Both the position numbers and the translations under genes were made by a program. 64,000 nucleotides of DNA from Eledone cirrhosa (Eukaryota). The DNA is taken from positions 20,584,001 to 20,648,000 of the forward strand of contig OZ024755.1 in the NCBI GenBank assembly GCA_964016885.1. Reading direction: 5' to 3'. The notes below the pieces were generated by a model, which was given only the letters and a program-made list of their open reading frames with translations, ran no database searches and was not told where the DNA came from. Positions 12,291 to 25,655 of the stretch are shown here, one piece after another. Each line of letters starts with the position of its first letter. Position 1 is the first letter of the stretch.

Positions 12291-15200
12291 GTAAGTAATG
12301 AATTATTTAATTCATAAAAATGCATTAAACTTGATTAAACTTATAAACGTGAGGTTGTGAGTTCGATTCTTGGACCGGGCTTTAATGAGACTATGCATGT
12401 GTAGGCTGGAGATTAAAGTATATTGGTAAGGAACTGTGTCCCAATAAGTTGGGTGGCATTGTTAAGTGACACCATATTTCAGATTCTTCACAATAACTGT
12501 TAAGTAACCATAGTAACACCTCATCACATTCACAAAGATATATATAGACGATGTTTAGGTAGGATTAGTATTTATATCTAAACCTTCAATACCAACCCAC
12601 CTAAAACTGCCTCCAGGTCTATGGAACAAAACCACCCACTTTAAAAGGGGGGGTCATATTTAAACTAAAATCTTCCAACGTATTTTTTGTTATATTATAA
12701 ATAATTTTAGTAAATTTTTCCAAAATGTTAATGAACTCAAATACAGTGTATTGTATTAGAAATATGGTAATGGAAGTGGTTAATGAAGCACTAATTTGGC
12801 AGATTAATCACTTACCTACTTTATGGTAATGAAAGGGTTAATGGAACACTAATTAAGCAGTTTAACCACTTACTAAGTTTATGGTAATAAAAGGATTAAT
12901 GAGGTACGAATTAGGCAACTTAACTACTTAGTTTATGGTAATAGTAAAGACCCCCTTCGGCCATGAATGACCATGAGATTTGCACCTAAAAAGTTCTCTT
13001 CTGAGGCACAAGTCTGGGCAATGTTGTTTGTGGAAAACCAGCAGTTGCCTATGCATACCAGACTCCCTTCTCCATGCCACTGATGTTGTCTCAGGGAAAG
13101 ACAAATGCTGATACAGTTGACACCAGTGACGTCGCAACTCATTTCTAAAGCTGAGTGAACTGGAGCAACGTGAAATAAAGTGTCTTGATCAAGGACACAA
13201 TGCAAAGCCTGGTCTGAGAATCGAACTCACAACCTCCTGACGCTCTAACCACTAAGCCATGTGCCTTCACTTTATAGTAATGAAAGGTTTAACAAAGCAC
13301 TAATTAAGCAGTTTAACCACTTACCTAGTTTAACAAAGCACTAATTAGGCAGTGAAACCACTTAGTTTATTACTAATTATCAAGTTCTGTCACCATTTTT
13401 TTTCTTTTCTATTTTTCAGAAATCGATTTGATTATCTTAAAAATGTTCGGCAACTTGTTGATAATTATTGGGAATCTGCTGAAACAAAAGAGGAGACTGC
13501 ATTTACAGAAGAGTCCATGGAATGTGATGTATTTAAAAAACCAGGAAGATTTTATCAAAATCAGGTTCTTTGCTGTATTTTATTAAGATATTGATTTTTC
13601 TTTCATTGAAATTATCTTCCATCTCATTAAATGTCCCTACCTAAGCCATTTTTGCTGGCATTTTGACTTTAAATCTAGATTTTTATATTAGTTATTATTA
13701 TTGTTGATAAAATAAAGCACCAGTAATGCACTGGGGTAATTTCTGGTCTTGTGCCAAAAGTAGAAACAATTGTTGTTGTTGTTTAGTCCTAGGTCAAATC
13801 TGATTGAGTGGACTTATGTATGATTCAAGATATTCCAGTTGTAATATCTAGAGCTACATAATACAATGTGTCATTGTTTAATGGTATTGATTTTAGGGAA
13901 ATTTAGCTGCTAATTATAGCAGATCAAAGTGTGACATTGAGGCTCTATGGTTGGCAGCAGTACTTTTACAATGTAGTCTCAGAGCAGCAGTACATCTGAT
14001 CAGTTGTAGAAGTGAAACACTTAATTTTAAAAGGATCTATTGAGGTTGAACATTTAAAAAAAGAAATATAAAAAATAAAACAATGTTTTATTTAACTACA
14101 TTGTTTTAGCTTTCTAATTGATACAAAGTTTCTTTTAGATAAGTTTAGACACTACTTTAAATACTACTAATACTTACATGAATGTACACATATTTATTTG
14201 ATTCACTCTTTAAGGGAAACATCTGCTGTGTTTAGACCTGGAGAGGAGTTGGGCTCCACCAGGCTTAAAATACCCAAGAAATGCTATGTCACTACAGTGA
14301 CCCTGTAACTCCATCAGGAGTTATGGAACCAAACAATACTAGCAAAAGCTTTACTTAACCTTTTAGCATTTAAACCAGCTGTATCTGGCCAGAATTCTCT
14401 CACTTTCTGTTAAAACTGGTTGTAACCAGCCACTCGTGCTGATGTTAAGGTATTCTTCTTAAAATAAATATGGAGTAATGACAACTGGTAATAAAAGATA
14501 TTTTGGTTGTTGCTTTACCTTTAAGCTATTGTTTTCCTAGAGAATCTAATAAAATGCATATCAGACTGTTTTCTTTTAGCTAATCGAATTCTAACAAGAA
14601 AAAATGTCTTTTTTGACTTGTAGCTTATGTTGTCTGAATGGTTAGTAGAAGTACCAAGTGACTTTGAACAAGAATGGTCACTAGTGATATGTCCTATGGG
14701 GAAACGCTGTTTGGTTGTTGCTTCTAAAGTAAGTTATGTTTTTCTTTCTCAATTTGCTTTATGATTTCACACTGCTTCTCAGCCTTTCAAAGTGTATAAT
14801 TGATACTATGGACATGTGGCTAGGATGTATAAGGAAAGAATAGCTGGACAGATTTTTACAGCCAAAAACCAACCGGTAGGAGTCCCAGAGGTAGACTCCT
14901 AGCAATCAATTCTAGCTATGCTACTGATTTATCAACATTACTTTATTATTTTCTACTACAGGGAACCACAGCTGTTTATACAAAAAATGGTTATTTAGTG
15001 AATAGATTTCCATCAATGTTTCCTGGTGGTAACAGAGATCAAGGATCTTATCATGAAGGTATGTATTTCATCATCATCATTGTTTAATGTCCACTTTCCC
15101 TGCTAGCAAGGATTTGACAGGTCTACATAGTCCAAGTCAGTACTGAAGCCTGGCTACTTACCTCCCAGATAGACCAAAGGGATCTGTATCTTACTTACGT

Positions 15201-18200
15201 AAATAATTATTTCTAACACTAGCACTAGGTCAGGAATTTGGAGGAAGGGGTAAGTTGATTATATTGACTCCAGTACTTAACTGGTACTTTATTTTATTGC
15301 TGACCCTGTAAGGATGAAAGGCAAAGTTGAGCTTGGCAACATTTGAACACAGAGTGTAGAACTAAATACTGCCAAATATTTTGTCTACACTGTAATGTGA
15401 TCATGTTGGTGACACAACAAAAAGCACCTACTGTAAATATGGTTGGCATTAGGAAGGACATCAAATTATAACAATATACTATTTCACCTCTTTCATCTGG
15501 TACCATACTCCACTGTATATATTTCACCTCTATATCAGTTAGTACCACACTTCATTATATTTTAACCTTACCATACTAACCTTGCTATACTATATCATCT
15601 CTATTTCAGCTGGTACCATACTTGACTGTATATTTAATGAAGTAGAAAATATTTATTACATCCTTGATGTTATGTGTTGGAATGGTCACCCAGTGTATGA
15701 CTCAGAGGTAAGTACCAATCTCATGTATTAGAGAACCAGTAGAGTCATGTTAGTACATTAAATAATATGCCTTGCCATATTTCTTCTTCCTTTTTGCATT
15801 CTGAGTTCAAATCCCAGTATGGCCTACCTAAATAGTATACAATCATTTGTTTTGTTTCACACTACCACCACCTAGCTCTTGGGTGTCTTCAGTGGAGTTT
15901 ACTTACTTTGTTGTGAGTATTTGGGTCAGATCTTTTAACCAACTGACCATGAGCTATTCTGTATCTATAGCGATCCACTGTTATTGCATTTATTTTTTAC
16001 GTTTGGGACTCTCACATTTTCAAATTTTAAACACTCCCAGCACTTCAATAATTCCTAAGGTTTTTTTTATATCAATATTGTATTAATACTGTTATTTTAT
16101 TGTATTCTTTAGACAGATTTTCGCTTTTATTGGTTACATATGAAATTTAATGAAAGCCCAGAATATTTTGCGAAGCACCATAAATCAAAGGTAACTTTAC
16201 TTGCTGTGTATTTCATCTGGATTTGTACTACAGTTTTTATGTTAATGTTAAAATTTAATAAAAGTAGTAAAGCATTTTTATCATAATGTTGAGTTACTGT
16301 ACATACTTGTGTATAATTCACACCTATTTTTATCATAATGGTGCTGTACTGTACATACTTGTGTATAAGACACCTAATTTTGTCATAATTGTGTATGTCA
16401 CACCTATTGTTATACTGGTAAGGTACTATACATACTTGTGTATAAGATACACCTATTTTTTATCATAATGGTGATGTACTGTATATTATCCAATACACCT
16501 TTCCTTCTTTGCCCACATATTCCGAGAGGGTCATGGAGGCAGAGTCCTCAAACACTCTTTCCAGCAGGTCCTGTCAGAAGCAGCCATCTTGCTCAGGGTC
16601 TCCTACTGGTTGGTTTTGATTGTATACATCCTTCCTTTTTTTCTAAAATTAATGTGATTTCAGGGAAACTTGGTTGCTATTTCTAGTAAATTGTATAATC
16701 ATTTATAGTTCCTATTAGTTCGTTGATTGCAAATTATTTCCCTTGATCTTTTATAAACATAATACACATCATACAGCAAGAGCCAAATTACTGAAGACTA
16801 AATCAACTTTGATCCTTAGCTGAAGCTATTCCATTTCCTGTACAATGCTAACACTCTTGGGAAAGCATGAATGTCACATTTCCCTATTTTTTTTTTGTCC
16901 TCAAAGGAAACTATATATATATTATCATCATTATTTAATGTCCACTTTCCACGCTAGCATGGGTTAGACAGGTTGTCCCAGGTGACCATGTCTTACTCAT
17001 ATGGAACTGTTTCTGGCTAGATTTCTACACCTGGATGCCCTCTATATATATATATATATATATATTATTGTATAAAGTGGGAATCTGGACAGTCAAGAAA
17101 TAACTGTTTCTACTTTAGGCACAAGGCCAGCAATTACCCAGTGCATTACTGGTACTTTATTTTATCGACCCCCGTAAGGATGAAAGGCAAAGTCAACCTC
17201 GGCGGGATTTGAACTCAGATCGTAAAGAGACATAACTATGCTGGAAAGCATGGCGTCCGACCCTCTACCGATACTGCCAATCCACCGCCAAGAAATAACA
17301 TTGATAATTCATATTCTGTCTCTAGTACTTCATATACTTGACTCTCATGAAAAATATGGGTAGACTGGACAGTGAAAGGTCAACAAATAATACTGGTACT
17401 GCATTGGGTTAGTTAGTTGTTATATCTCTTTTAAAGTAAATTTTATTTATGAGGTGGCAAAATGACAGAATTACTAGAATGTTGGATAGAAAGCTTTGCA
17501 GTATTTGTCCCAGCTCTCTGCTCTCTCTCTCTTCAAATTCTACCAAGGTAACTTTACCTTTCATCTTTTCGAGGTGAATAAAAAGTACCAATCCAGTACT
17601 GGGGTTGATTCTTCCTCAATATCTCTTTCCCGTCTCAAGATATTTGTGCGTTCGTTTTTGATTATAAATAAGTTTATGAATCACATTGACTGTAACGGAT
17701 TACTGAGCATATTGACATATGTTTAAATTATACTAATACTACAGTATGTATTATGGTATGATCTCAACTCCTGATAGTCATAGGGCTGCTGTATTGACAT
17801 ATGGCGTTTCTTGGACATTGGTGGAACCTATCCATCTCCAGGCAGATTTCTTCCAGGGAAGGATAGACAGAGAGGAATAATCAACCCCAGTACAAGATTA
17901 GTACTTTTTTATCAACCATGAAAGGCAAAGTTGACTTTAGTGGGATTTGAACTCAGAGAGCTGAAACAAATACCACTCTATCTGACATTCTAACGACTAT
18001 ACCAATTCGCCAGCTTCCGTATAAATTATAGTATTACTACAGTCTTTGTATTATATCTCTGGTCCTAGGCACATAACATTACTTGCCTTAGTTTGCTTCA
18101 TTGACAGAACAAATTCACTCTTACTTTTGTGTCGAGATATATATAATATATTGTCTATATATATTTTACAGTATACCTTTGTGCCATTACCAAATTTTCC

Positions 18201-19176
18201 CTGCACCAAAGATGATATTTCAAATGCCATCCATTTGGCAAATTTCACAGTAAGTTTCTTAATTTGCCAAATTTTATTGTTATATCAATGAATTGTTCAA
18301 ATTCTAAAATACATCTATCTAAATATATTCTTTGTTTAACAGTACGTCCACTATTGCTATAACATTTCTTCATTTATCTGTAAATAGGTATCTAAAGAAA
18401 GTTCAGTTTACTATTATATGTAACAGAGACACTCTATAATAAAGTGGTTTGTTAGTGTCCACTACCAAGTTCAGCTTTTACAATTTAACTGTGGTTGTAT
18501 TGATTATTGATAGATTGTTTATTTACTCAATTTGTACTCAGTCCAAGCTATTGATATAAACCTTGAAGTACTCAATACAGTCCAATTTACTTAAGATACT
18601 CAATACAGTCCTCGCTATTGATATAAACCTTGAAGTACTCAATACAGTCCCGTTTCAATTCTATCACAAAAGTTGATTAATGCCTTATTATTTTACCACT
18701 AATCAATCATTGACTATATTTTCCTAAATTCCTACTTTCAGGTGGATGGAGTGTTATTTTACCACAAAAGAACTCATTACACATTTGGATCTACTCCACT
18801 AGTTGTGTGGCTAAAACCATATATGCTTCCTGAAATTTTGAACATTTCAGTTCCTCAAACAATGTTGGCTAACATGCCACCATCATATTTAAATTATTCC
18901 CAACATTTACTAAATGTTCAGAAAGAAAAAGAAAGAGCATCACAACAGAAAACAAAGGCTGCTAACAAACCTCAAGATCCACCTGCGCTTCCTAATAAAA
19001 CTGCACGAAATAGAGGCAAGAAGAAGAAGAATAAAAAAAAGAAAAACCAAATAGCAGATGAAAATGAAATTGAGATAGATGATAATAACCAACAGACACC
19101 CGATTGTGGAATGGAAACTACTCATGTAAAAGATAAAGTGTCATTAACAGAAGTAACAATGAAAGAAGTTGATTAA
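12133..19176 (+). CDS. SNUPN: Snurportin-1 (m3G-cap snRNP nuclear import adaptor); 8 coding exons, 397 aa
   Basis: Exons 12133-12290, 13420-13564, 14624-14728, 14962-15058, 15610-15707, 16113-16190, 18172-18249 and 18742-19176 are all GT-AG with compatible phases (1194 nt). The translation has the IBB-like N-terminus [24 protein letters not shown], then [51 protein letters not shown] and [27 protein letters not shown]. Confidence 0.95.
12762..13370. repeat. Minisatellite of about 59 bp interrupted by a SINE (12946-13270)
   Basis: TTTATGGTAATGAAAGGGTTAAT..CACTAATTAAGCAGTTTAACCACTTAC units lie on both sides of the SINE. Confidence 0.75.
13420..13564 (+). CDS. SNUPN: SNUPN coding exon 2
   Basis: TTTTTCAG acceptor; [12 protein letters not shown]...PGRFYQNQ; GT donor. 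Confidence 0.9.
14624..14728 (+). CDS. SNUPN: SNUPN coding exon 3
   Basis: [35 protein letters not shown]; AG / GTAAGT. Confidence 0.92.
14962..15058 (+). CDS. SNUPN: SNUPN coding exon 4
   Basis: [24 protein letters not shown]...; CAG / GTATGT. Confidence 0.92.
15610..15707 (+). CDS. SNUPN: SNUPN coding exon 5
   Basis: [32 protein letters not shown]; CAG / GTAAGT. Confidence 0.92.
16113..16190 (+). CDS. SNUPN: SNUPN coding exon 6
   Basis: [26 protein letters not shown]; TAG / GTAACT. Confidence 0.9.
16275..16500. repeat. Intronic minisatellite, about 52-bp unit
   Basis: TTTTTATCATAATGGTG..TACTGTACATACTTGTGTATAAG..CACCTA is repeated. Confidence 0.7.
18172..18249 (+). CDS. SNUPN: SNUPN coding exon 7
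   Basis: [26 protein letters not shown]; CAG / GTAAGT. Confidence 0.88.
18742..19176 (+). CDS. SNUPN: SNUPN coding exon 8 (terminal)
   Basis: [26 protein letters not shown] then a Lys-rich and acidic tail; TAA stop followed at once by AATAAA. Confidence 0.92.
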   Translation: MDGVLFYHKRTHYTFGSTPLVVWLKPYMLPEILNISVPQTMLANMPPSYLNYSQHLLNVQKEKERASQQKTKAANKPQDPPALPNKTARNRGKKKKNKKKKNQIADENEIEIDDNNQQTPDCGMETTHVKDKVSLTEVTMKEVD

Positions 19177-19456
19177 TAAATAAATATTCTACTTTTAATA
19201 TTTCAGTACTGTGTGCATTCTAGCCTTTTAGAGTAGGCACATTGTATTATTGTATGGTGTAAGAGGCAACTAAAAGACTTGGCATTATGAAGGGGCCTCC
19301 TGGTCATAAAAGACTACCTTAAAAAGCTTTGTCCAACTGATGCCAGCATGGAAAATCAAACATGAAAGCGAGGATGAGACGTTTGATGTGAATATGAAAA
19401 ATTTACCTGTTACAGGTCTTTAACACTGTTTGGAAAATATAGGAATGCTGGGTTAA

Positions 19457-19592
19457 CCCTTTAATATTTACATGGTAAACTTTTTATCTCACATAATATT
19501 GAATCAATGAGATTTTAATGTTATTTATTTTGAGAACAATACCTTAACATCAGTATGAGTGGCCGGATACAGCCGGTTTAAATGCTAAAGAG
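19457..19592. mobile_element. piggyBac-type MITE (deleted copy) downstream of SNUPN
   Basis: TTAA|CCCTTTAATATTTA...TAAATGCTAAAGAG|TTAA. Confidence 0.65.
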
Positions 19593-22500
19593 TTAATCTA
19601 ATTATTTGTTTGTAAAACCAACTTTTATTGAACCATTTTACTCCATTTGTGTATGTAATACTTGTGATGTCTGCCTCTTGTCTGTAATTGAGTTGGTTTT
19701 GGAACATCAGGATTGCTTTCCTCTGACACATTACATAAATATGTCTCCTTCATTTACCATTTGTAGGACATTTTCTTTTAAGTCTGGGAAATATTCCTAG
19801 ATTCAGTTATTTTATTTTAAGTGAAATTATACTTTATCTTAAAAATGGTATGATTATAGACCAATAGATAGTGTCAGCAAGTGGAAAGACCAATTAAGGC
19901 ATCGTTTCCTTGTTCCACTCCACTCAGTGAGATAGTGGGGTCTGGAATCTAGTTTAGATTCATTAAAAAAAAAAACTGTAAATAACTTAACATGATATTA
20001 AAAATATCATGTTAGTTTTTTTAAATATATTTTCATTGATTGATGTCATTGATTTAAAAATAGTTATACAAGTATTCATAATAGGATAGAACAAGATGTG
20101 AGCGTGGTTAAGAAGTTTGCTTTATAATCCTAAGGTCTTGGGTTTGATTCTACTCAATATCTTGAGCAAGTGTCTTTACTATAGACAAATCAACTCGATC
20201 CTTTATATCGGGATAGAACCAGATAAAACTAGTTAGCCCATTATTCAACAGAGTACTAAATACTTGGGATAGTAGAGTATGGCTATACTCTATATTTATA
20301 AACAGTCAGAGCACGATGGCTGGGCTCTTGCCATTTCAATGACTGATACAATGCAGTAGAAATATATATAATAGTATGGCAAAGAGTTTAAGTAGTTCAC
20401 TTTGAAATGATAAAGGCTTGAGTTTGACCCTACTTCATAGTAGCTTGAGCAAGTATCTTTATCACAGTCAGTGTTACACTGATTTGGATTTGAGTAAAGA
20501 CATAGCTACTTACATGATTTAATGATTCAGGCATACAATTTATTTTAGTGAATTATATTTTAGTCTAAAGTCTGTCATGAGCCTAGAGGCTCATCAAGCA
20601 ACCGTAAAAAGACACTCCCCTGGACAAGACACCAGTCCATTGCAGATTTTCAGTTAAATATACTGGAATAACATGAAATGAAGTATTTTGCTCAAGAACA
20701 CATCGCACAACCCAGTCTTAAGAATCAAACCCATAACATTATGATTATAAGTTCAACACTCTTACCACTAGGCCACATATTTTAGGATTATTTTAGACTA
20801 ATTATAGATGGACAGTGTCTATAGTAAATAAATATTGTTAATTGTTGTACCAGTTGTGTATTTCACCTTCAGATGGTGAGTTCGAGTCTTCCTAGAGTAG
20901 CACCTTACAGTAAGTTGTCTACTGCCAAGTGATTTGCTCTAAATATACAGACCATTTCTGACAGTGGACCAGTTTTTTTTTTTTTTGTAATATATTTGGA
21001 GGTTTTTTGCTAATACAAATATTAAAATAAGTACTGCTTACAATAACAATAACCCTGTTATCAGAAGGTTTGTGGACAACAGAAAAAAACAAAACCTCAA
21101 AAATAGCAGCCAATGGCAACTTCTTTTTCTGTCATTAAGAGCCTATAAGCTATTTTATACATCTGCACACGTGAGCACACCATTCTATGTAATAAAATTA
21201 TATTTCTACTTGTTTTTAATTTCAATATTTTTATGGTGTCCACAGATATTTTGATGACAGGGTTAATATTAAATTGTTAGAACCAAGATGAATCATCATT
21301 TAATGTCCTCTTTCCCTGTTAGCAAGGGTTGGATGGATATTAACAGTCTATATTGAAGCAGGGCCACTGACCTTGCAGACAGGCTGAGGAGGTTTAGAAT
21401 TTCTCGCTTACATATGGTTCTACGTTCTACCAAGTGCATTTTATTGTGGCACCAGCACCTGGAGGGTCCTTCCAACCCTTTGTTTGGCAAGCTCTCTATG
21501 GCTGGATGCCCAACTACTTTAAAGCATGTACTGGGTGCTTTTGTCACGTCCTTGACAACTAAAGGATCTTCCTAATGAATATTACAATAAATAATTAAAC
21601 ATTTATCTACTTATGAAAGAATATAAAAATACATCTTCACATATTTCCTTATTAACATTTCACTTTTGAAACAAATTCCAGTTTGTTGATGTTATTGTTT
21701 AACCCCAAGTCAGCCCTGATTGAAAAGACCTATCATGAAAAGCTTTTCAACCATTACCATGCCATCTTTTGTCAGGTATTGGCTGTTACTTCTAGTAGGT
21801 CAAGCAAACATGGGGAAACCCTTATCCGTTTTAGCTCTCCCAATTTCCAGTCTGATGACTGAAGTAAATAAGGATAAAGATTTTCTTTAGTAAACAATAT
21901 TGTTGACAATTTGTTGTCTTTTAATAAATAATAAATTTAAATTAACACCTGACACGATTTATGTCAAATGGAATAATTATTCATTTGTATCAAAATTAAA
22001 AGATAAATGTGTTGTGTCACTAATAAGAACTTGACAGTTTCTTTAGCCAAATATCTATTTAGAAAGTGTAAGAAATAAGTTAATGATTTAAAATATTTTT
22101 TATATTGTCCGTGGGGTGCAGCCCAAACACCACCCCACCCAAGGCCCAGAAACCTCTTCCATTCTGTGGCCCAAGAGTCCTTGCTCTTTTCCTCATTTAT
22201 GGCCAGATCTGCCCTTCTTTTTACCCCTTCCCCTTTTTCATATTATCAATGGTTTTTAAGCCAACTTTGTGAATGAAACATGTATTGAGAATAAACATTT
22301 ATTTTACATTTAATAAATAAATAAAAATTATTTAGGCTTTTACTTAAAATAATATTTTGCCCATAAGAAATGTTGCTGCTGCTTAGCAACCATTTGAGTA
22401 CTTCTAAAGCAGATCTATGATCAGAAACATTTGTAATAAATCCATTGGTTTCATTGTTTTGTCACACGTGTCATTTTAGCCAATCAAAGACTAATAGTCT

Positions 22501-24289
22501 CTGGTATGGGTTATATTTTTAGATAAATGACTGATGAGTTTCAGAAAGCTGGTAGAATGTGGTATAAATAAAACAAAGTATTTTTAGATATTTTTAGAAC
22601 ATCTGATGTGTTTTGGGTTCAATTCTCTCTGCACTAAATATGTCTACCAGCTGGTCATCCCAGCTTCTTTTCATAAAGACAAAAGGAACCAACCATACAA
22701 AATGGAATTGAATCTCTTTCAGTTGTGTTAAAAGAAGTATTCTTTGGTGATATTTATTTCTTCCAGTTTAAAAATATGCAGTTTTACTGCAGTCAATTAT
22801 CTATCTGCTCGTAAACATTTTCACTTTACAAACAACATTATGTTCACTTTCCATAACACATTATTCAATTGACTTTGAAAACAAGAAATTATTCATGAAC
22901 ATTTCCAAATACATTGATGTTAACTTTGCCATGATTCATCTTGTGTATTAAAAGCTGTATATTCTATGTCAGAATTCTGTCTATTTTTGTATGTATGTAG
23001 CAAACAAGAAGTGTGTGTGTGTGTATATATATATATATGCCATGTCCAGTCATTTGAGCAAACCTCAAACTGTTTTTTTTAAGACTCTTTGAGCGAAGTT
23101 GATAAAAATTAAAAATATACTAGAAATCTACAATTCTTTTGTACAAATAATTACACCTTCACAACGGGTAAAAAGAACTAAAAATTCACAACATTTAATT
23201 CTAAATGTAATTGTGTAGGCAAGGTATCTAAGATAATCATCACCATTTGACATCCGTTCTTCCACGCTAGCATGGGTTAGACGGGTTCTGATGTGGGCAG
23301 TGTCTGGTCGGCTGACCTTGTCTTGCTCATACGAGAACAGATTTTGGCTCGATTTCTACAGCTGGATGCCCTTCCTAACAGCAACCTCATTTACAGTGAG
23401 GGCTGGGTTCTTTTTTGCCATGGCACCTCCATGACAGGGACCCCAGTCCTATCATCTCATTTCTACAGCTGTGTAAACTGGAGCAATGTGAAATAAAGTG
23501 TCTTGCTCAAGGAAACAACACATCACCCGGTCCGAGAATTGAACTCACAATCTTTCGATTGCAAGCCCAATGCTCTAACCACTAAGCCCTGCACCTTCAC
23601 TGTAATTTCAAAATTTTCTCTTGATTCAACAATGCTTTTAATTCTACTAAGTTCACATATATCCTCTTCATTTGTGCAAATGTATGATAGTATATATTTC
23701 GCTTAAAATTAAGCTTCGCTGAAATAACCATTCGTTCTTAATGTTTCGGTCAAAATAACGTTGCTCAAAATGAATGGAACCATATATATATATTTACACA
23801 TATACATGCATAATTATATATGTGAAAGCGCAAGGCTTAGTAGTAAGAGAGTTGTATTCGCAATCTTGAGGTGTTGTCTCCTTGACGAAGACATTTTATT
23901 TTACATTGCTCTTTCTGCCAGGAGTTGCAACCAGTGGATAGAATCAGCAATGGAAACATTTGTCTGATTTGATATGGTCCACTCCACTCGGCAAGCGAGT
24001 AAGGTCTGGGATCTTGTCGATTGATCAGAGCAATATATATATATTCGTATGAAATTGGAAAAACTCGGTATAAGGAAGCTGTTAAAACAGCGAAACGATG
24101 TTGGGTAAAACATTACCTTGGAGGAAAGAAATCAGCAGCTCGAAGTGAGTTGGCTCAAAGAATTGATAGGAAGGAAGAAATAAAATGCAAGATAGGAGAT
24201 CACAAACATTTAAATACACTCATCAGCTTTCAGACCACCTGCAGTTTTGACGATTTGACCGAAAGGACTGCGATGGATAAGTGGCTCGT

Positions 24290-24945
24290 AACAACGGAGA
24301 AATAAATATCGTTGGTATCGGTTTCTTGTCTTGAAATTCCTCAAGATCCAACCAGCGAGTCGTCTGCACATTGTCACAATGTTCATGAGTGAATAAAACG
24401 ATGCATCGTCGCTCATGTCTATACACAGGTCTCGTATCGATTTTGACACGGGGATTTCGATGCCTCCTGGTCCAGTGTAGCTTTGTTGTGCTGTCCTTTT
24501 GTTATTAGGTTGATATCGTAGGTAGGGCTTGAAATTTTCCAGCATTAAATTGCATGTTGTTGTCCTCAGCCCATTTGTATGACATCCAGATCCTGTTGCA
24601 AAAGAGTAGCATCAGCCATGTTCTTGATTGCCTGTGCTACCTTTGTGTCATCAGCATAGTCAGTGAGGGCATGTCTGAAAGAGCCACCAAAAATAGTAGT
24701 AGTCCCAAGACCGTTCCCTGGGGCACCCGGCTTGTTATTGATGTATCCTTTGATATGGCCTGTCACAGTCTGGCAGCTGTCTTTTAAGAAATCATGTAGC
24801 CACTCACTTCTCCAGTTATGCTGAATCTGTGTAGTTTGTGACGTATCATTCCATGGTCGACCTTGTCGAAAGCCTTCGCAAAGTCAAGATATATCACATC
24901 CACATTTGAGCTGTTCAGCAGTTGTTTCAGTACCCAGTCGAGTGT
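24290..24945 (-). mobile_element. CR1/L2-type LINE reverse transcriptase fragment, frameshifted
   Basis: Minus-strand pieces DVIYLDFAKAFDKVDHG, YADDTK..LQQDLD, IRDL, GWILRNFKTR. Confidence 0.85.
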
Positions 24946-25444
24946 ACATCGAACGAATTCAGTAAATTATTTATTGGAAATGTTGCCTTACCAATGGGTA
25001 GTCGGTTTTATTTTTTATATCATGATTATCGATTGGTCACCTCGAAGAATCAATATTGATTTCGGCTGTATTTTCCACTATTTCTACATAGTATATTTTC
25101 TGAATATTTTAATCGGTCTTACTATAAAAACACTTGTTGATGGCTGAAGACGATGAGATTTCTTTATCGAGAATTCTTTCTTTCTATTCTTGCTTTCAAT
25201 TTTCTATTTGTATATTATTTGGTTTATTGGTTCTATTGAACCGTAATTAATTGTCCGATTTCTTCTCTTTATTTTCTTCAGCACTTAATTGACCAGAAGT
25301 GGATTTCCTTTTAATTCTTCCCCCGTTAAAAATTAGTATTTTTACCATTTTTGTTTTCATATATAACATTTCCATTGTATTATTTATTGTTTTAATAAAA
25401 CAGATTGGAAATGTGAGATTGCCTCATATGCAAACAGTTTCATA

Positions 25445-25655
25445 TTGACATCTTTGGACAACTGCTTATGATGTGGGTGACATCCTCGATGTTTATTCAG
25501 CAGAGTCTGCTAGGTGTTCTTCCAGCATCCCTATCTCTTTTGAACATCAGGTATTTCGTTGTTGTTTCCTGTTCCTGGATTACGAAAGCATATCCTTCGA
25601 AGTGGGAGCCAGTATACTGATTGTTGGTCCAAAATGGACTACTTTGTTTATCTAT
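25445..25655 (-). mobile_element. RLE-clade LINE fragment (CCHC knuckle region), decayed
   Basis: Manual translation: SHFEGYAFVIQEQETTTKYL...RLC*INIEDVTHIISSCPKMS. Confidence 0.7.
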
